From contig OZ024743.1 of the NCBI GenBank assembly GCA_964016885.1, positions 138,508,001-138,572,000 of the forward strand: DNA of 64,000 nt, in the 5' to 3' direction. Below, one piece after another: positions 62,810 through 64,000 of the stretch (the stretch's first letter is position 1; each line of letters opens with the position of its first letter). This stretch comes from Eledone cirrhosa (lineage: Eukaryota). The notes under the pieces were generated by a model. The model ran no database searches. It worked only from the letters and a program-made list of their open reading frames with translations, and was not told the DNA's origin. The translations under genes were made by a program, and so were the position numbers.

Positions 62810-64000
62810 ATTGGTGCTTGGTGTTTGGTGCTTGGTGCTTGGTGCTTGGTGTTTGGTGCTTGGTGTTTGGTGCTTGGTGTTAGGTCTTTGGTGCTTGGTG
62901 TTTGGTGTTATATGCTTGGTGTTTGATGCTTGGTGCTTGGTGCTTGGTGTTTGGTGCTTGGTGCTTGATGCTTGGTGCTTGGTTCTTGGTGTTTGGTGCT
63001 TGGTGCTTGGTGTTTGTACTTTGTGCTTGGTGCTTGGTTCTTGGTGTTTGGTGCTTGGTGCTTGGTGTTTGGTGCTTGGTGCTTGGTGTTTGGTGCTTAG
63101 TGTTTGGTGCTTGGTGCTTGGTGCTTGGTGCTTGGTGTTTGGTGCTTGGTGTTTGGTGCTTGGTGTTTGGTGCTTGGTGTTTGGTGTTTGTTGCTTGGTG
63201 CTTGGTGTTTGGTGTTTGGTGCTTGGTGTTTGGTACTTGGTGTTTGGTGTTAGGTGTTTGGTGCTTGGTGTTTGGTGTTTGGTGCTTGGTGTTTGGTGCT
63301 TGGTGCTTGGTGTTTGGTGCTTGGTACTTGGTGCTTGGTGCTTGGTGTTAGGTGTTTGGTGCTTGGTGCTTGGTGTTTGGTTTTTGGTGCTTGGTGCTTG
63401 GTGTTTGGTGTTTGGTGCTTGCTGCTGGCTGCTTGGTGTTTGATGCTTGGTGATTGGTGCTTGGTGTTTGGTGCTTGGTGTTTGGTGTTTGGTGCTAGGT
63501 GCCTGGTGTTTGGTGCTTGGTGCTTGGTGCTTGGTGTTTGGTGTTTGGTGTTTGGTGCTTGGTGCTTGGTGTTTGGTGCTTGGTGCTGGGTGGTTGGTGT
63601 TTAGTGCTTGGTGTTTGGTGCTGGGTGCTTGGTGTTTGGTGCTTGGTGTTTGGTGTTTGGTGCTTGGTGCTTGGTGTTTGGTGCTTGGTGTTTAGTGTTT
63701 GGTGCTTGGTGCTTAGTGTTTGGTGCTAGGTGCTTGGTGTTTGGTGCTTGGTGCTTGGTGTTTGGTGCCTGGTGCTTGGTGTTTGGTGTTTGGTGTTTGG
63801 TGCTTAGTGCTTGGTGTTTGGTGTTTGCTGTTTGCTGTTTGGTGTTTGGTGTTTGGTGTTTGTTGTTTGGTGTTTGCTGTTTGGTGTTTGGTGTTTGCTT
63901 TTTGGTGTTTGGTGTTTGCTGTATGTTGTTTGCTATTTGGTGTTTGGTGTTTGGCGTTTGGTGCTTGTTGCTTGGTGTTTGGTGCTTGGTGCTTGGTGTT

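Larger units (their letters stand above)
1..64000. repeat. Heptamer satellite array (TTGGTGY)n, about 9,100-9,200 units, single orientation, extends past both window edges
   Basis: Every line parses into TTGGTGC/TTGGTGT units, e.g. 2-8 ttggtgt, 9-15 ttggtgc, 16-22 ttggtgc, 23-29 ttggtgt. Scattered variant units include TAGGTGT, TTGATGC, TTGGTTC, TTGCTGT, TTAGTGT, TTGGTAC and TTGTAC. The + strand is G/T-rich and almost A-free throughout. No unique sequence or inversion seen. Confidence 0.99.

Noticed and set aside
2098-62885. Frequent TTAGG (arthropod telomere pentamer) within GTTAGGTG
   Set aside because: It is never tandem. It is a single T->A variant of the heptamer propagated with the HORs, not a (TTAGG)n tract.
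50-63729. Hundreds of + strand ORFs (up to 616 aa) of WCLVLGA/WCLVFGV repeats that resemble hydrophobic membrane proteins
   Set aside because: The + strand is nearly A-free, so stops are rare by composition. Because 7 is coprime with 3, all three frames give the same heptad peptide and overlap completely. Starts are mostly TTG/GTG from the repeat itself. There is no unique domain, RBS or promoter context.
1-64000. CRISPR-like or other repeat-spacer array
   Set aside because: There are no unique spacers between constant repeats. All variation is point variants of the same heptamer that recur in duplicated blocks, and no cas or reverse transcriptase gene is present in the window.
1-64000. Bacterial short heptamer repeats (cyanobacterial STRR-type or intergenic heptamer tracts)
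   Set aside because: Those tracts are usually tens to hundreds of bp and lie among genes. A gene-free array of at least 64 kb with kb-scale HORs does not fit, though the source organism cannot be determined here.
1-64000. Pure sequencing or amplification artefact (polymerase slippage or rolling-circle concatemer)
   Set aside because: Nested duplications of different sizes and divergence levels, with shared derived variants, imply an evolutionary history rather than one template copied repeatedly. Individual near-identical duplications still need read-level confirmation.

Overview
The whole 64 kb window is one uninterrupted satellite array of the heptamer TTGGTG(C/T) (reverse complement (G/A)CACCAA). 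It holds roughly 9,100-9,200 head-to-tail units in one orientation and runs off both window edges. I see no unique sequence, credible gene, RNA gene, mobile element or CRISPR array. All ORFs in the track are frame-shifted translations of the heptamer (WCLV[LF]G[AV] on +, KHQ[AT]P[SN]T on -). The informative content is the array's hidden architecture. Rare variant units and the C/T pattern at position 7 act as barcodes and show nested higher-order repeats (HORs). The levels are the 7 bp unit, 154-272 bp local duplications, a ~2.3-2.4 kb monomer in three subtypes (A, B, C), a ~7.04 kb ABC trimer, and a larger unit that adds a distinct domain D. Near-identical recent tandem duplications of 1537, 3800, 3898 and 6400/6428 bp sit on top of this. 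Register is kept almost perfectly: length differences between copies are multiples of 7, and nearly all phase shifts come from one recurring 6-bp unit (TTGTAC). Offsets were read by hand from marker positions and the ORF track, so boundaries are approximate. The organism and function (centromeric, subtelomeric, heterochromatic) cannot be determined from this window.
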